The notes beneath the pieces are model-generated. The model made no database searches. It saw nothing but the letters and a program-made list of their open reading frames with translations, and was not told where the DNA came from. The position numbers and the translations under genes are program-made. From the IMG/VR virus record IMGVR_UViG_3300022866_000322, positions 1-64,000 of that record: a DNA stretch of 64,000 nt; one strand, written 5' to 3'. This document shows positions 27,629-38,316 of the stretch, one piece after another; within the stretch, counting starts at the first letter, position 1, and each line of letters starts with the position of its first letter.

Positions 27629-28932
27629 TGGCCAATCAAAAAGTATTTTGCAGTGTACCTTGGAGCAATCATCACTTCTACTGGGATGGTTCCTACGGTG
27701 TATGTAGTAGCGAAAGTAAGCGGCCCAACAAAGGCGAAAGTTTAAACAACACAAGTTTAGTACAATGGTATGACAGCGATACTATGCAAGACTTTAGACG
27801 CAGAGTATTGTCGGATCAACCGTTAGAAGAATGCAGTGTATGTTATAAAGAAGAAGCACAAGGTTACCAAAGTCGTAGGATCAAAGAGAACTACAAACTG
27901 GGCATATTTACAGAACATACCAGTAATGCATTCCAACAAAGTTTTGAACAAAGTACATGGCGCGAAAAGTTTCATGCGGACGGAACTACTGATGTGTTAC
28001 CTATAGACTGGCATATAGACTTGGGAAACGAATGCAACTTTGCATGTAAGATGTGCATTCCAGAGGCTAGTAGTAAAATAGCAAGTGCATATAGATCCTG
28101 GGATATCGAGTACAATAAGAAACCGAACTGGGTTATAGATAAACAAAGTTGGGAACAGTTGCTAACTAACTTAGACACTGTTAAAGATCGCCTTAACAGA
28201 GTGCATGTCATTGGTGGCGAGCCTTTGATAAACAAAAGATTCCATCAACTTATAGACTGGTTACTGGAAAATAATTATCACCATATTAGTATAAGCACAG
28301 TGACCAACGGCACTAATGTAAATTTAGAGCTAGTAGAAAAACTTAAACAGTTTAGATTAGCACATTTAGAAATAAGCGCAGAAAGTATTAACCAAACAAA
28401 TGATTACATTCGTCAAGGTTGCGATTACGTTGGACTGTGGAAAACTATACACGAACTTGTTGAGTTGCAATCAGACAAGTTTCAGGTAGTACTTAGATCA
28501 GCGCCACAGTTGCTTAGTGTGAATGATTATTATCAGTATTTAGATAAAGCATATAGTCTAGGGCTTGCTGTTGATAGTGTGCCACTAACTTACCCTTCAT
28601 ACATGGCAGTGAATGTGCTACCTTGGGATATCAGACAACAACTAAAACCTAAGTATCAACAGCTACTAGATAAATTGCAAACAAATGTAGATCAAACAAG
28701 TTTCGAAACTTTAGCAGTAGGAAGGGATACATCTAGGCTTTCACAAAAGTTAGCCAGAGAATGCCGCGGAGTGATCACAATGTTAGATAGTGAAGCACCC
28801 CATAACGTAGAAGAACTAAGAGTAGAGCTGATTCAATGGCTACAGCGTTGGGACAAAAAATACAACTATAACGCTATTGCACTTTACCCACAGTACAAAG
28901 ATTTTTTGAAAAGTTATGGATACTCTGTATAA
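27628..28932 (+). CDS. Radical SAM enzyme with N-terminal twitch/SPASM-like cysteines
   Basis: FCSVPW, CSVC, CNFACKMC, GGEPL, TNGT. Confidence 0.9.
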   Translation: MANQKVFCSVPWSNHHFYWDGSYGVCSSESKRPNKGESLNNTSLVQWYDSDTMQDFRRRVLSDQPLEECSVCYKEEAQGYQSRRIKENYKLGIFTEHTSNAFQQSFEQSTWREKFHADGTTDVLPIDWHIDLGNECNFACKMCIPEASSKIASAYRSWDIEYNKKPNWVIDKQSWEQLLTNLDTVKDRLNRVHVIGGEPLINKRFHQLIDWLLENNYHHISISTVTNGTNVNLELVEKLKQFRLAHLEISAESINQTNDYIRQGCDYVGLWKTIHELVELQSDKFQVVLRSAPQLLSVNDYYQYLDKAYSLGLAVDSVPLTYPSYMAVNVLPWDIRQQLKPKYQQLLDKLQTNVDQTSFETLAVGRDTSRLSQKLARECRGVITMLDSEAPHNVEELRVELIQWLQRWDKKYNYNAIALYPQYKDFLKSYGYSV

Positions 28933-29371
28933 CGTAAACATTGAGGTTTGTGTTAACCCCATAATACACAAGACTGTGCCACGCATCAGTTACGGGTTCG
29001 ACAACACAACAATCAACACCATAGATCTAAGAACCCCTTGCATGCTGTCTCTTAACCATGACTTTGACAAAGGACCACACAGTTTTTGGGTACAGTTCCT
29101 GAACAAAGACTACAGCGAAAGCAAACCAGACCAAGGTATTGACATGGCCGTGGAAATTGACAGCGTAGCTATCCATGACATCAAATTGGACAGGCTCAAA
29201 TGGGCAGGCAAGTTTTATCCAATGTATCCGAAAGATTGTGAACACAATGACCCAGTATTACAGCCACATACCTACTTGGGCTGGAACGGAAAATGGGTAA
29301 TAGAGTTTTATACACCAGTGTTTACCTGGATTCACCGCTTGGAAAACCTAGGTTGGCTATATTCTACTTGA
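28916..29371 (+). CDS. Hypothetical protein
   Basis: Overlaps radical SAM gene. Confidence 0.65.
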   Translation: MDTLYNVNIEVCVNPIIHKTVPRISYGFDNTTINTIDLRTPCMLSLNHDFDKGPHSFWVQFLNKDYSESKPDQGIDMAVEIDSVAIHDIKLDRLKWAGKFYPMYPKDCEHNDPVLQPHTYLGWNGKWVIEFYTPVFTWIHRLENLGWLYST

Positions 29372-29427
29372 CTTTTTAGTTAAATACTAGTATACTGTTT
29401 TATTCTAAACAACTTCTATAAGCAACT

Positions 29428-29718
29428 ATGTCTGATCAATTGACGATCCATAAAGACGGTAAAACCAAAAAAGTAGAATTCAGTTGGGACCGTAGTAACA
29501 GATTCAGCCTCGAAGAACCATTCGACGATGACATGCCAGACTACTATATCATAATACATGATTTTCAATGGTGGCTAGACAACGAACTTGAAGTCTGTGG
29601 GTGGATGGATAACAACTTGCCCAAAGGCAGCAGACATAGGGAAGGCGCATTGATAGTGGTACCAACAGTAGCAGACGCAAGCAAGTTCTTGCTCAGATGG
29701 CAAGGCAAAAAAGGATAA
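29428..29718 (+). CDS. Hypothetical protein
   Basis: ORF. Confidence 0.55.
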   Translation: MSDQLTIHKDGKTKKVEFSWDRSNRFSLEEPFDDDMPDYYIIIHDFQWWLDNELEVCGWMDNNLPKGSRHREGALIVVPTVADASKFLLRWQGKKG

Positions 29719-30092
29719 CAATGTTAGCATTGTTATCAACAAAAAGGGTAACAATAATGTTAAAACAATTATTATTAGTAGTTGCTGTACTTGCGATACC
29801 ACATGCTCATGCACAGCAGAGAGAAAGAACGCACCTGGAACAGTTTGCGCAACCTGAATTGTGTGTATACAAAGCCAAACTTGCCGCGGCAGGTGCTTGG
29901 TTAAGAATTGAGAAGCATGCCACAACCTGTGACAATATCAAATACTTCTGGCATGGTGATGAAACTGAATACGAAATAACCCTAGTTAAAGAAGCAACCT
30001 GCAAAGGATTTGAAATAGTCTTGGAGCTAAAGTCAGATCCGATGAAGGCGGGTGATGCTGCTTACTTAGATTGCATGGCAAAGGCCCCATAA
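29697..30092 (+). CDS. Exported hypothetical protein (start likely 29757)
   Basis: Signal peptide MLKQLLLVVAVLAIPHAHA. Confidence 0.55.
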   Translation: MARQKRITMLALLSTKRVTIMLKQLLLVVAVLAIPHAHAQQRERTHLEQFAQPELCVYKAKLAAAGAWLRIEKHATTCDNIKYFWHGDETEYEITLVKEATCKGFEIVLELKSDPMKAGDAAYLDCMAKAP

Positions 30093-30117
30093 AAAACAAC
30101 TGTACGGAGAATAGATA

Positions 30118-30834
30118 ATGCGTGTGAAAATTGGAAATTATATAAATGATTTTGGCCCATACCAACTAGCAGAACTACTTTGCTTTTGGACAAAAGACGT
30201 AGAAGACGAATGCGGAATGAAAGGTAAACCTGTCTGGGTTCGCAATTTTGGTGAATGGCTTGCTCACGGTAGTGTAGAACCTGCTGCAGAGGTTGGTGAT
30301 ATTACCAGTTGGGATCGAGGTCGACACAACACTTTGCTATCTAAGTTCTTAGCTTGGATTCACAGCAAAAAAGAGCAAACAGTCCAAGTACACATTGATC
30401 GGTGGGATACCTGGAGTATGGATCACACACTGGCGCATATTGTGCTACCTATGCTCAAGCAACTTAAAGAAACCAAACACGGCGGCCCTTGTGTTGACCT
30501 AAAGGATGTGCCAAAAGAACTGCACGGTAAGAAACTAACCAAGAAGCAACGTGCAAGTGGTGAAGTTGACGACAAGTATTTTGAACGGTGGGACTGGGTA
30601 TTAAATGAAATGATCTTTGCGTTTGATAGCAAGATCAATGACGACTGGGGAGAACAGTTTCAATCTGGGGTAAGTGACATACAGTGGAAGAAACTAGAAG
30701 GCGGCGCCAGTGAATTGATGAACGGACCCAATCATACTATGGTTTATGACCACGACGGAATGAAATTACACGAAGCTCGTATACAAAATGGATTCCGCCT
30801 GTTTGGAGTCTACCTCCAGAACTTGTGGGATTAG
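30118..30834 (+). CDS. Conserved phage hypothetical protein
   Basis: DTWSMDHTLA..., W..VL.EMIFAF, GFRLFG...LWD. Confidence 0.75.
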   Translation: MRVKIGNYINDFGPYQLAELLCFWTKDVEDECGMKGKPVWVRNFGEWLAHGSVEPAAEVGDITSWDRGRHNTLLSKFLAWIHSKKEQTVQVHIDRWDTWSMDHTLAHIVLPMLKQLKETKHGGPCVDLKDVPKELHGKKLTKKQRASGEVDDKYFERWDWVLNEMIFAFDSKINDDWGEQFQSGVSDIQWKKLEGGASELMNGPNHTMVYDHDGMKLHEARIQNGFRLFGVYLQNLWD

Positions 30835-31337
30835 AGATGAAGAAAATACTGGTCACAGTTCTTGTTGTCATTGGCTTTGTAATTGGAGTTGGCCTGACAG
30901 ATGAAAATTTGGAAAAGAATCTCCTTGAACAAGCATCACAAGATTTGGGAATAGAAATACCCAGTTTTACGTCAGACAAATATCCTCATGTCATGATAGT
31001 CCCACGTGATCAAGTTGAATCGGTGGTGTGCAATAATAAATGTGATGCACTTGCCGCCCAGTGGGGCAACATAGTCTACATCGCAGACGAAGTGGATTTA
31101 AACACAGTAGAAGGACAAAGCATAATGTACCATGAAATGATACATGCACTACAATATGCAAAGTACGGTAAAGCACCTAGTTGCCAGGAATGGTCCAGAA
31201 GAGAAATAGAAGCTTATGTACTGCAGGATCAATGGGTACAAAAACAAGGCGAAGATATTCCTTGGTTAAGAGAGATACTACCGTCGCTGGAAGTACGATG
31301 TCGACTTATTTCCAACCAACTAAGAAACGCAGAATAA
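30825..31337 (+). CDS. Membrane-anchored HExxH metallopeptidase-like protein
   Basis: N-terminal TM; YHEMIHALQ...E.EAY. Confidence 0.65.
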   Translation: MGLEMKKILVTVLVVIGFVIGVGLTDENLEKNLLEQASQDLGIEIPSFTSDKYPHVMIVPRDQVESVVCNNKCDALAAQWGNIVYIADEVDLNTVEGQSIMYHEMIHALQYAKYGKAPSCQEWSRREIEAYVLQDQWVQKQGEDIPWLREILPSLEVRCRLISNQLRNAE

Positions 31338-31769
31338 GTTATTCTGCTTGACCCAACGTATTCTTCTATCATACTTGAATGTATCTTGTGTAACTATTTG
31401 TGTTGACCCCATTTCTGTGTCAACAATACTAGGGCAACTGTAAACAGTTTTTCCTGCGTTTGCGAGAGTTGTAAAACTTGGATTTGATGGGTCATGTAAA
31501 CACATGTCCCATGCGGCACCGCCTACTAGGAATGTTTCCCCTACTAATTCTGTTACCGTTTTAACTACAGTTATGTTATTTTGAAAGTGTTCATAGAAGC
31601 ACTCATGTGTTCTATAATCTTGGTTTGCGAAAAAGTATACATTATCAAAAGAATATTCAGATATGAACTTGATAATGTTTTGGTAAAACTGACGAGCTTT
31701 GTAATTCTTGCTCACATGGATCCATTTATCTTCCCAACAGTCCACGAGCAACAGCCCGTCGAATTTCAT
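31320..31769 (-). CDS. Hypothetical protein (weak cysteine-hydrolase-like start)
   Basis: LLLVDCW; overlaps upstream minus-strand gene. Confidence 0.5.
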   Translation of the reverse strand: MKFDGLLLVDCWEDKWIHVSKNYKARQFYQNIIKFISEYSFDNVYFFANQDYRTHECFYEHFQNNITVVKTVTELVGETFLVGGAAWDMCLHDPSNPSFTTLANAGKTVYSCPSIVDTEMGSTQIVTQDTFKYDRRIRWVKQNNLFCVS

Positions 31770-32197
31770 CTACAAATTTTGCTAATGTGTTCTTGCTGTA
31801 TAAAACTTACTTCGGACCAATCCATCCACTCTTCAGTGCCAGGTGGGATCAAGTAAATCTTAATCATGTTGCCTCTGTCGTCACCTAGTGCAATAGTACT
31901 TAGAGCAACATGTACAGGCTTGCTGTCAGGAAAGTTTTCTGGTGAACAATCCACAAAGAACAACATTCTACGCATATGAACTTCGGGATTGTTGATGTAT
32001 GGCCCATTTATTTCCCAGTAACCTTCAAATACACCAGGCTTACCTAAAACTTCATCAATTTCCTCATGCCTGAATGTTAATTCGTCCATTGGTTCGTGAA
32101 TATGTAGAGCAGGATCATCAATGTATTCACGTTGTGCTAAACTGCATAAAGGTAATAACAATGCTAGGGCAATTACTAACTGCTTGATTTGATTCAT
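31766..32197 (-). CDS. Exported hypothetical protein
   Basis: Start 32197 after GAGGA; signal peptide. Confidence 0.55.
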   Translation of the reverse strand: MNQIKQLVIALALLLPLCSLAQREYIDDPALHIHEPMDELTFRHEEIDEVLGKPGVFEGYWEINGPYINNPEVHMRRMLFFVDCSPENFPDSKPVHVALSTIALGDDRGNMIKIYLIPPGTEEWMDWSEVSFIQQEHISKICR

Positions 32198-32266
32198 AAA
32201 ATATCCTCTCGATGTATTACTTATTTGCGCATTGACAACAGATAAAAAAACCAGTATAATACACGC

Positions 32267-33313
32267 ATGTTTACACAAAATCTAAAACGTATTGGCTTTG
32301 CATGTAAGTACTTGGATCCTGATCAAACGCAGAAGAAAAAAGTACTTGAAGAGATTCAGCGTCCATTCAATACCAAGTCAACTACTGTGTCCTGGCTAGA
32401 TAGGCAAACACGTGATGTCGCAGAACAACGACTGTGGGATATTATGGTACACAACATACAGTCGTATTACAACCTAATAGAATATGTAGGAGGATTACCT
32501 GATGAGCTACGGATGGTCAGACTTGGCAGTGATTGTCTTCCAGTATACACTCATGATAAATGGTCTTATTACTGGAGGAATCCTGATGTACGTGAGTACT
32601 GCTCAACTGCGTTTGCGAAAGTCGGTGACTTGGCTCGCCTTTTGGATGTGCGGATTAGTTTTCATCCTGGCCAGTTTACTGTTCTTGCAAGCGATAACCC
32701 GGATATTGTACGTCGCAGTATAGAAGAGTTTGAGTACCACACTGACATGGCCAGATGGATGGGCTTTGGTAAACAGTTCCAGGACTTTAAATGTAATGTG
32801 CATATATCAGGTAGGCAAGGTCCAGATGGTGTAAGACAAGCATACAAAAAACTTAGCCCAGAAGCACGTAACATAATTACCATTGAGAACGAAGAAAACT
32901 CGCATGGACTTGATACTTGTCTTGAACTAGCAGACCTTTTACCTATTGTGTTGGACATACATCATCATTGGTGTAGAGAAGGTGAGTACATTGATCCAAG
33001 TGACGAAAGAGTTAAACGTGTAGTGGACAGTTGGCGTGGTGTCCGCCCAACCATGCACTACAGTTACAGTCGTGATGAACACTTACCTGATAACTTCGAA
33101 CATGATGTGTTACCCGACATGAAATTATTATTAGACACAGGGTACAAAAAACAAAAACTGCGAGCTCATAGCGATTTCTATCCTAATCAGACTGTGAATG
33201 CATGGGCACTGAGTTTCCACGATAGGTTTGATATCATGGGTGAGTCAAAGATGAAAAACTTGGCAAGTTTTGCCTTACATAATCAACATAAATATACACA
33301 TGAAAACTTATAG
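32267..33313 (+). CDS. uvsE: UV-damage endonuclease
   Basis: RIGFAC, RLGSD, SFHPGQF.VL.S, IENEE, VLDIHHH, HYS, RAHSD. Confidence 0.93.
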   Translation: MFTQNLKRIGFACKYLDPDQTQKKKVLEEIQRPFNTKSTTVSWLDRQTRDVAEQRLWDIMVHNIQSYYNLIEYVGGLPDELRMVRLGSDCLPVYTHDKWSYYWRNPDVREYCSTAFAKVGDLARLLDVRISFHPGQFTVLASDNPDIVRRSIEEFEYHTDMARWMGFGKQFQDFKCNVHISGRQGPDGVRQAYKKLSPEARNIITIENEENSHGLDTCLELADLLPIVLDIHHHWCREGEYIDPSDERVKRVVDSWRGVRPTMHYSYSRDEHLPDNFEHDVLPDMKLLLDTGYKKQKLRAHSDFYPNQTVNAWALSFHDRFDIMGESKMKNLASFALHNQHKYTHENL

Positions 33314-33938
33314 TAACTTATTGTCGTTAAAAGAGTGCGATGATTTCAAAATGTTCTGGGAACAAAATAAGAGCAATTCTTATGTAAACTGGGAGATAGA
33401 AAACGAAGTACTAGATAGAAGGTTAGACGTTACTCCTGACCATACAGAACAATGGAGTATTATAAAACGCATAACAGACCAAGTTTTCAATGAAACATAC
33501 GATATTTGGTCCGCCTACCAAGAACAATCTTTTTGTCACGATATTCATATAGACGATTGCATGAAAGATCGGTTAGAATATCAGAGATATACTATTATTT
33601 TAAGTTTAGATAGTGTACCTCAATTTAAAACTATAGTTTGGCAAGACGAGTGTGTTGATAACGAAGAACTATTGAAAAAAATAAGGCTGTGGGAATTAAA
33701 AAAGAACAAAAAAATAAGTAGCATTAGCGAGCATCAAGACTTAGAACATACAATCGAGCATAATGAAAATTACTTTTGCGACTATCTAAATCTAGATGGT
33801 ATCTATACTTACGAGCAGGGCGGTGGCGCGGCATTCAAAGCAACACAAATCCATTGCACTAGTAATTGGAAAAAATACAAACAATTTACTAGTAGACAAC
33901 TGTTACAGATACACGTACTAGCAGATCACATACAATAA
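33300..33938 (+). CDS. Cupin/2OG oxygenase-like hypothetical protein
   Basis: TAAATA-N5-ATG at 33300; HxD motif (IHID) and distal IHC. Confidence 0.5.
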   Translation: MKTYSNLLSLKECDDFKMFWEQNKSNSYVNWEIENEVLDRRLDVTPDHTEQWSIIKRITDQVFNETYDIWSAYQEQSFCHDIHIDDCMKDRLEYQRYTIILSLDSVPQFKTIVWQDECVDNEELLKKIRLWELKKNKKISSISEHQDLEHTIEHNENYFCDYLNLDGIYTYEQGGGAAFKATQIHCTSNWKKYKQFTSRQLLQIHVLADHIQ

Positions 33939-33982
33939 AAATTTGCCCTATTATCGGGTTTACTGGCGCAATAAATACGTGC

Positions 33983-35545
33983 ATGAATACTATACTTGGC
34001 CGCATGGCTTCCCTTAAGAATGATACACTATCCGGTTTAACAGTTGCACTAGCATTAGTTCCAGAAGCAGTTGCTTTTGCATTTGTTGCAGGAGTTGGAC
34101 CACTGGTAGGACTTTACGCCGCTTTTATTGTAGGATTAATCACAGCAGTTATGGGCGGTAGACCCGGAATGATCAGTGGAGCAACAGGAGCACTAGCAGT
34201 GGTTATGGTGGCACTGGTTGCGAATCACGGTGTTGAATATTTGTTTGCCACTGTGGTTCTCATGGGCATGATTCAGATACTTGCAGGCGCACTCAAAGCA
34301 GGTAAACTGATACGCATAGTACCTTACCCTGTTATGCTGGGTTTTGTTAATGGACTTGCTATTGTTATCTTCCTAGCACAGTTAAAACAGTTTGGTGTAG
34401 ATGGTGAACCTGGATGGTTAGCCAACACATTCCTAGCAGGATCAATTGTTGACGTAGCATGGTTACAAGGATCAACCATGTACTTGCTGTTGGCTCTGAT
34501 TGGTGTAACCATGTTGATAATTCAGTACTTGCCACGACTAACAGGAGCAATACCTTCGTCACTGGGAGCAATACTGGTTGTGTCTATTTTGGTTTGGGCA
34601 TTTGCGCTGGACACAAGAGTAGTAGGAGACATTGCAAGTATCAGTGGCGGATTACCTAGTTTCCATATACCAGCAGTTCCTTTTAACTTCGAAACACTTA
34701 TGATTATTTGGCCTTACTCAGTTGTGTTGGCCGCTATAGGATTGATTGAATCTTTGCTCACACTTCGCCTAATAGATGAAATGACACAAACACGTGGGCG
34801 TGGCAACAAAGAGTGTGTAGCGCAAGGTGTTGCTAACACTGTTACAGGGTTCTTTGGTGGTATGGGTGGTTGTGCAATGATTGGACAGAGCATGATCAAC
34901 ATCACATCAGGCGGACGTGGACGTTGGTCTGGTATAAGTGCTAGTCTGTTCCTGCTGTTGTTTATACTAGCGGCGGCACCACTTATCGAACAGATACCAA
35001 TTGCGGCACTGTTGGGTGTTATGTTTATTGTGGTAATTAAAACATTTGAATGGTCCAGTTTTCGTATAATCAAACGTGTACCACGTAGCGATGCATTTGT
35101 GTTGATAACTGTGAGTGCTGTTACAGTGTTTACTGACCTGGCATTTGCTGTTATGGTTGGTGTTATTATAAGTGCATTGGTATTCAGTTGGCAACATGCC
35201 AAACACATTAGTGTTACAGCACGTGAGAATCACTACGGTAGTACAGTATACGCAGTGCATGGTCCTTTGTACTTTGGATCAGTAACATCATTCTTAGAAG
35301 GCTTTAATCCTAGCAAGGATAACAATCATGTTGTGATTGATTTTGCTGACAGCAGAGTTATTGACCACTCAGGACTAGAAGCAATTGATACACTAAGCGA
35401 ACGTTACATAAGCGCAAACAAAAAACTATCCCTAGTGCATCTCAGCCCAGACTGCAAGCAGTTGTTAGAACGTGCAGGCAATCTAGTTGAAATAAATGTT
35501 ATCGAAGATCCTAACTACTTTGTAGCAGAAGACAAACTGGACTAA
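33983..35545 (+). CDS. SulP/SLC26 anion permease with STAS domain
   Basis: [46 protein letters not shown]. Confidence 0.95.
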   Translation: MNTILGRMASLKNDTLSGLTVALALVPEAVAFAFVAGVGPLVGLYAAFIVGLITAVMGGRPGMISGATGALAVVMVALVANHGVEYLFATVVLMGMIQILAGALKAGKLIRIVPYPVMLGFVNGLAIVIFLAQLKQFGVDGEPGWLANTFLAGSIVDVAWLQGSTMYLLLALIGVTMLIIQYLPRLTGAIPSSLGAILVVSILVWAFALDTRVVGDIASISGGLPSFHIPAVPFNFETLMIIWPYSVVLAAIGLIESLLTLRLIDEMTQTRGRGNKECVAQGVANTVTGFFGGMGGCAMIGQSMINITSGGRGRWSGISASLFLLLFILAAAPLIEQIPIAALLGVMFIVVIKTFEWSSFRIIKRVPRSDAFVLITVSAVTVFTDLAFAVMVGVIISALVFSWQHAKHISVTARENHYGSTVYAVHGPLYFGSVTSFLEGFNPSKDNNHVVIDFADSRVIDHSGLEAIDTLSERYISANKKLSLVHLSPDCKQLLERAGNLVEINVIEDPNYFVAEDKLD

Positions 35546-35676
35546 TTTCTTTTGACAAGAGCATATCTCATATGCTATAACTACGTATAATATTTGTTGC
35601 GTCACAGCATAAATACCATTGTACATCGATCATGTACAAGTTCTTTTAACAACACAGGAGGTTACAAACAAGAAGA

Positions 35677-35796
35677 ATGATAGAAAGTCTACTAGAAAAA
35701 CTCAAAAAGTTTTACAATAAATTATTACAAGCACAGAAGTACAGAGCAAGAGCAAAATTATCAAGGTCTAAACATTTAGGTGGCTACGTATGGTAA
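35677..35796 (+). CDS. Small basic protein (39 aa)
   Basis: AGGAGG upstream; overlaps next ORF. Confidence 0.45.
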   Translation: MIESLLEKLKKFYNKLLQAQKYRARAKLSRSKHLGGYVW

Positions 35797-35933
35797 AGAT
35801 ACTTAAAGCAATCAAAAGTTGGTTTGACGATTCGGACCGTGCCGCACTAGAAAGATACCTAGGCCAAGCACAAAACTACGCAGATCTAGAAGATAGAATG
35901 CGCAAGTGGCAAAGCAGAAGCACATTCGTATAA
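35790..35933 (+). CDS. DUF3563-like small protein (47 aa)
   Basis: ERYLGQAQNYADLEDRMR motif. Confidence 0.55.
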   Translation: MVKILKAIKSWFDDSDRAALERYLGQAQNYADLEDRMRKWQSRSTFV

Positions 35934-35939
35934 AACACT

Positions 35940-35967
35940 AAAAGGCGATTAAAAGATCGCCTTTTTT
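35940..35967. terminator. Bidirectional intrinsic terminator
   Basis: aaaaggcgat-taaaag-atcgcctttttt between convergent genes. Confidence 0.75.
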
Positions 35968-37066
35968 AATCTACATAAGGAAGCAATTCGCTTTCTAGTA
36001 GCCTGCTTACCTCATTATACCAGTCATGCGTAAAAATAAGATTCTTATTATGATCAACAATAGGTTTAACCTGTTCAAGTATAACCTCAGGATCCTGCTG
36101 GCACAACCACTCGCATTGTTGCATAGCCATGGACCAACGCTTCTCTGGGTTTGGCTCTGTATCGTAGCTCTCATCAATGATACTATCAAACGTTTTAAAA
36201 CCAAACGTTCTCAGATTCTTTAAGTAGTATTGTCCTGCAAGTGCAACAAATAATCTACCTGCCATAAGTGGTTTGGTAACTTTCTCTGTGTAGAAACTAA
36301 AATCATTCTCTGCATTAGTTTCTGCAATTAAGCTGTAGTTGGTTTGATTGTATATCTTGGTTGGTATTATTTGACTTATGCCCAACTCATGCCCATGATA
36401 CTTTACCCTATCCACACTGTGGTTAAGTGTGCCGTTTTCGATAGTTTCAATACCATCTTCGTTCATATCAAATCCAGACTGGGATAGTGGTTGATCAATC
36501 CTGTGATAGTATGTTGTATAGTAAAGATCCACATTAAGACTTGCACGTATAAAGAAATATGCAAAGTCTCTATGATCTCGTTGGGCTCCTAACAGCACAT
36601 CAAACATTTTGTCTTTGGATCCTGATGCTAGTTTTTGTTCCAGGAGTCCAGGTTTTATGTCTTTGTAGAAATGCAATGGCTGACTAAACCAATCCATCCA
36701 CGGATACACTTTTGCGTGAACAAACTTATGCTGAAATATACCATTCACATATATGCTAATTTTTGGTTTGTCTAAGCGTGTAAGTTGTTCTGCTGTAGCA
36801 CGATGTAATTCACTACAGAACACAAACAAATGATCAACCTGTTCATAACATTGCTTTAGTCTAACCATCCATTCGCTTTGATCCGGGAACGGAACATGGA
36901 AACTAGCAAGTTTTACTTCGTGTCTGCTGGCCAGGAAACGGCCAAAAGAAACGGCACCTTGGTAATAGTGCCGTTCTTCATTAAACCTAACATTAGGTAA
37001 CTGGTTAAAATGATATTGACTTACTCCACCACCGTCGTGGAACACTCCAACATCCTCAGTGATCAT
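35966..37066 (-). CDS. Glycosyltransferase-like protein, paralogue of 21717..22943
   Basis: SLIAET...FYTEKVTKPL..GRLF...G..YL..LR.FGFKTF..IIDESYD. Confidence 0.65.
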   Translation of the reverse strand: MITEDVGVFHDGGGVSQYHFNQLPNVRFNEERHYYQGAVSFGRFLASRHEVKLASFHVPFPDQSEWMVRLKQCYEQVDHLFVFCSELHRATAEQLTRLDKPKISIYVNGIFQHKFVHAKVYPWMDWFSQPLHFYKDIKPGLLEQKLASGSKDKMFDVLLGAQRDHRDFAYFFIRASLNVDLYYTTYYHRIDQPLSQSGFDMNEDGIETIENGTLNHSVDRVKYHGHELGISQIIPTKIYNQTNYSLIAETNAENDFSFYTEKVTKPLMAGRLFVALAGQYYLKNLRTFGFKTFDSIIDESYDTEPNPEKRWSMAMQQCEWLCQQDPEVILEQVKPIVDHNKNLIFTHDWYNEVSRLLESELLPYVD

Positions 37067-37380
37067 TTGCTAGGTTTTTTAGTAGTAGTCTTTTTGGTTT
37101 TTGTTGTCGTGGCTTTGGCTTTGGCTTTAGCTGGAGCCTTCTTTTTTGTGGCTGTTGTAGCTTTTTTTGCTTTTGGTTTTCTTGTAACCTTGGGTGCTTC
37201 TTTGGTTTTTTCAAAATCGTCTGCTACAGGAAAGGGCCAGGCTGCAAGCTCACCTGACTTGGATTTCTTTTGTTTGAGCATGACGTGACCTGTGTCTTTA
37301 TCCATCTCCCATTCGTTCTTATTACTAAATAACCAATTAAATAACTTTGAAAGCATTTGTTTCTCCTTGAATATATTCAT
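37063..37380 (-). CDS. Protein with K/A/T-rich histone-H1-like tail
   Basis: KAKKATTATKKKAPAKAKAKATTTKTKKTTTKK. Confidence 0.6.
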   Translation of the reverse strand: MNIFKEKQMLSKLFNWLFSNKNEWEMDKDTGHVMLKQKKSKSGELAAWPFPVADDFEKTKEAPKVTRKPKAKKATTATKKKAPAKAKAKATTTKTKKTTTKKPSK

Positions 37381-37723
37381 AAGTATTTATTTTTTACTCA
37401 ATTGGTTGAATAAAAATATTAACAAAAACAACCAGCCTCAACAGATAAGAAATAACATCTCCAAAACTCCATGATTATCGTTTAGTTGTCCAAAAAGGAT
37501 ATGTTTTAATTGACATAGCCTTTTTTCTATGCTACTATAACTCTGTTATTAACAAACCTTAAACAATGACTAACATGACTAAACTAAACAGAGCCGCAGA
37601 CGAAGCAGTATATATTTTGCAACTTAGTTCACAGCAGGCTAAACGGTACATACAGCGCAATGCACGATGTACTGAAAAAGAAGCCAGCCTTGCGTTTTCT
37701 CAAACAGTTACATTTCACAAGTC

Positions 37724-38017
37724 GTGATTGATTGGATTGGTGCAATTGTACTAGTCGCAGTGGTTACTATTTCATTAACTGCATCAGGTTGCGCAACAGA
37801 AAAGTCAAGCAAACTGTCCAATATGGACAAGTGGCAAGCTAATTGCGCCAATGCTGGCGTCGAACGCCAGCTGTTCCTAAAAAACATTATATTACTTGAG
37901 CGATCGGATCTAGAGGCAGATGCGTTGTCGAGAGAAAAGGTTGCACGTTTAAATGAACTGTTATTAGAATCGGATAGACTATGCGGCGTAAATGGATTTT
38001 ATTCACAGCAATCCTAG
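37724..38017 (+). CDS. Putative lipoprotein
   Basis: Hydrophobic N-terminus ending ASGC. Confidence 0.55.
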   Translation: MIDWIGAIVLVAVVTISLTASGCATEKSSKLSNMDKWQANCANAGVERQLFLKNIILLERSDLEADALSREKVARLNELLLESDRLCGVNGFYSQQS

Positions 38018-38316
38018 TTTCTATTACAGGGTGCCAATCAGTAAGCAACATAACAAAAACTGAAGCACGTTTAACAACAGACCAACTTGAATACTATGAA
38101 ATTGATTGTGATAGTAAAAATCAACTAGCTATGTTAGAAACTCAAAGAGTTTCGAGAACAGACTACATGAAAAATCAATTATTGATCAGAAGTCCTATTG
38201 GTTGGACCATGAGTTTGTTAGACGGAACACTTGATGAGAGATACAAGATAGATAAAGGGCAAAGAACAGCAGTGCAACGTCTAGCGGAATATCAGCATAG
38301 GTCTTGGTGTCAATGA
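37981..38316 (+). CDS. Putative lipoprotein
   Basis: Lipobox ITGC. Confidence 0.65.
   Translation: MRRKWILFTAILVSITGCQSVSNITKTEARLTTDQLEYYEIDCDSKNQLAMLETQRVSRTDYMKNQLLIRSPIGWTMSLLDGTLDERYKIDKGQRTAVQRLAEYQHRSWCQ

Noticed and set aside
33983-35545. Host chromosomal contamination suggested by SulP, ClpP, Fpr and rpsU
   Set aside because: These genes are interleaved with phage genes and phage-type promoters and lack their normal operon neighbours
35594-35610. PhaR-type operator
   Set aside because: Only a loose resemblance, single copy, and no PHA genes in the window
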